Assembly (NCBI GenBank): GCA_002104905.1 | Contig: MCFE01000374.1 | Coordinates: 20,824 to 84,823, forward strand | Origin: Basidiobolus meristosporus CBS 931.73 | Lineage: Eukaryota; Fungi; Basidiobolomycota | Direction of reading: 5' to 3' | Length of the DNA stretch: 64,000 nt | Shown: positions 61,501-64,000 of the stretch, piece by piece | How positions within the stretch are numbered: the first letter of the stretch is position 1 | Layout of the letters: each line of letters begins with the position of its first letter | The notes under the pieces: generated by a model | The model's database searches: none | Told to the model about the DNA's origin: nothing | Seen by the model: the letters and a program-made list of their open reading frames with translations, nothing else | Translations under genes and position numbers: made by a program

Positions 61501-64000
61501 GGAAATACAATTAGTCAGCAATTGATCTGGTAAAATGTATATAAGGAGCTGCTGGAACCTCAATAAAAATCAGTTCAAGTTTTAGTTCCCTATTCCTCTA
61601 CAACTCTTATACCAAGACTTGTAACAGGGAAAGTTTTGGTCCATATTTGAGCCATTTTCATCTATAACTGGCTGAGATTTGCTTAACTTCAGGTTATTGT
61701 CCATAGGGGTTGCTGCAGGTTTGTAGTTTTCCATTTGGAAGCATCTAATAATGTCCCTGATGTACTCAGACTGATTCAGCACAATTTTCTGCGTAGGTAT
61801 GTCAAATGTGACCTCAATTCCAAGAAAATAGCTCAATTTTCCAAGATCTTTCATCTCAAACTTGCTGAAGAGATCTGATTTTGTCTGTTTAAGTGCCTCA
61901 AGGTCACTTGTAGCTATAATTAGGTCGTCCACATAAAGAACTAGGATGATCACACCCTTTTTGAGCTGTTTCACATATATACTGTGATCTGCAGTGCTAC
62001 AAGAGAACCCAATTTCCTCTAGATGGGTGTTAATCTTGTTTTACTATGCTTTGGGTGCCTGCTTAAGTCCGTACAACACTTTTCTAAGTCTGCACACCTT
62101 ATGGGGGCCTTTTGGATCGGTAAAACCTTGTGGTTGCTCCATATATATAGTTTTATGCAAATCCCCATTTAGAAAGGCTGTTTTGACGACCATTTGGTGT
62201 AGATCTAGACTGTGTACAGCTGCCAGGGCTAGAACTGTCCTAATAGAGTTAAAGTTGGCAACCAAAGCAAATGTTTCCTTAAAGTCTAGTCCCTGGATCT
62301 GGGAATAGCCTTTAGCTACCAATCTAGCCTTGTACTTATCAACAGCACCATTTGAGGTTATCTTGAACTTGTAGACCCATCTACATCCTATTGGCTTTCT
62401 CCCATTTGGTAAATCTATCAGTTCCCACGTTTTTGCCTTGATCAGTTATTGGTACTCCTCCTGCATGGCTTGTTGCCACTTAGTAGCATCTGGACTTTGC
62501 ATTGCCTGTTCCAGATTCTGAGGTTTGGCACATAAGGCAAGATAAGCTTCTTCATGATCATTGGATGTCTGCCACCAGGATCCAGGGGCATTTCTTATTC
62601 TGGTAGATCTCCTAACTGGAATAATCTGTTCTGATCTGGAACTGGTAGAAGTATCTTCCATATCTGGCTGGATTTGGTATGTATCTTCTTCATTAGTGTT
62701 GATTGCATTATCAGGCAGCTGACCAATGATTTCTGTGGCTTTCTGATCTGAATTCTCCTCAAATACAACGTCCCTGCTCTTGATCAGCTTCTGAATTTTG
62801 CCATCATACACTCTATACCCTTTAGTATCTTCACAATACCCAAGAAAGATCCCTTTCCTACTCTTTGGTTCCAACTTTGAGCATTTTTTGTCAGGGATGT
62901 GATAAAAAACATTACTCCCAAAGATCTTGAGGTGCTGGAGATCTGGGTTTTTGCCTGTATATGCTTCAAAGAGTGTAGAATCACGTAGTGCTGTTGTTGG
63001 GCATCCGTTCTTACAGCGGCAGCAATGTATTCAGCCCAAGACTTGTAGTCCATTCCCTTATCATGTAGCATAGATCTTCCCATCTCTACTATTGTTCTAT
63101 TTGCACATTCTGCGTGGAGTATGAGGAACGGTGGTCTGTTGAAGTATACCAGTAGACAAGCAGTATTTTGCAAACTCCTTTGAGCAGTATTCTCCTCCAT
63201 TGTCACTTTGTAGTACCTTCAATTTACATCCAGTTTGTGTTTCTGCCATGTTCTTGAAGTGCCTAAACATCTCTAAAGCTTCATCCTTTGTTTTGAGGAA
63301 GTACACCCATGTATATCTTCTCTTGTCATCAATAAACGTCATAAAGTATCTCTTGGCTCCAAAGGACAGTGTTCTCATGGGGCCACATATGTCTGAGTGT
63401 ACAATAGCCAATATTTTGGTGATATTGATGCCTTCTGAGCTCTTGAAACGTTGCCTAGCTTGTTTGCCATATAAACATCCCTTACAAACATTCAATTTGA
63501 TTGGAATTGAGTACTTTAGGCCCAAAAAAGCTGATTTTTCACCAATTGGCTCATTTTCTGTTCCCCAATGTGTCCTAGCCTCCTATACCACGTTTCCCAG
63601 TTGGTTTCATCAGTTTCAGCAATGCTGACATACTCAGGTACAATGATCTTGCATTGTAACTTGTATATATTGTGGTCTCTGATTCCTAAAGCTAATTTTT
63701 GTCCATTTTCACTCAATATTGAGCAGCTCAGCTTAGTAAAGACAAATTTCAGTCCCTGAGTAGTTGCTTTACTGACTGAGAGTAGGTTTTTAGCTATTCC
63801 AGGTACATAGAGTACATCAGTCAGTTTTGCTGTTGTTGCCCCTGAGTTATCACTCATATTAGTTGTATAGACCCACTGGCAGTAGCTTCCAATGCAGAGT
63901 TATCTCCCAAATAAACCTTTCTTATGGGAATAGTCTTTAAGTTGCTGCACCAATCCTTTATACCACAAATATGCTGTGATGCTCCAGAGTCAATATGCCA
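55600..64000 (-). mobile_element. Ty1/copia element (protease, integrase, RT, RNase H, 3' LTR ending at 56027); 5' end outside the window; interrupted by gypsy
   Basis: WHIDSGASQH at the window end, VHSDICGP, FKARLVAKGYSQIQGLDFKETF, LYVDDL, GYSDSDW, TKHIDIQHHFVRE; PPT AGAGGGGGAG at 56028-56037. Left LTR boundary is approximate. Confidence 0.95.
56709..61626 (+). mobile_element. Near-intact Ty3/gypsy element: LTRs 56709-57076 and 61279-61626, gag-pol 57135-61268 with one stop at 59001
   Basis: TG...CA LTRs, PBS TGGTAGCAG (tRNA-iMet-like), PPT AGGGGAGAA, 4-bp TSD GGGA; CCHC knuckle, DSGA protease, YLDD RT, RNase H, HHCC/DDE integrase with GPF motif; no chromodomain. Confidence 0.97.

Noticed and set aside
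1-64000. tRNA, rRNA, CRISPR arrays and U12-type introns
   Set aside because: No cloverleaf, rRNA-like or repeat-spacer pattern seen, and no GTATCCTT/ATATCCTT donor noticed; by-eye search only.

Overview
Eukaryotic, intron-rich fungal DNA, most consistent with an early-diverging fungus (inference from gene content and short GT-AG introns; no taxon can be proven here). The window has two sharply different halves. Bases 1 to ~31,080 are gene-dense and CpG-rich: a bHLH-ZIP transcription factor, an SLC17/sialin-type MFS transporter, a p31comet-like HORMA protein, a DDX20/Gemin3-like helicase, eIF2-beta, peroxisomal ABC transporter PXA1, a KICS2 (C12orf66)-like gene, SPC24, a mitochondrial DEAD-box helicase, a head-to-head palindromic pair of ~99%-identical HAM1-like genes, a small secreted protein, an intronless ankyrin-repeat protein and several small ORFs. 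Bases ~31,080 to 64,000 are an AT-richer, almost CpG-free block of nested transposons: Ty1/copia elements, a near-intact Ty3/gypsy inserted into a copia RT, CACTA/EnSpm and LINE remnants, an IS5/PIF-Harbinger-like DDE_Tnp_4 transposase with a 346-bp-TIR foldback derivative, and seven solo LTRs whose ends and target-site duplications could be read by eye. Most noteworthy: the fungal KICSTOR-subunit homologue, the apparently gene-converted palindromic gene pair, a zero-CpG but nearly open transposase beside a CpG-rich orphan ORF, and a solo-LTR family whose two TSDs both contain CpG. All homology calls rest on remembered motifs, not database searches.
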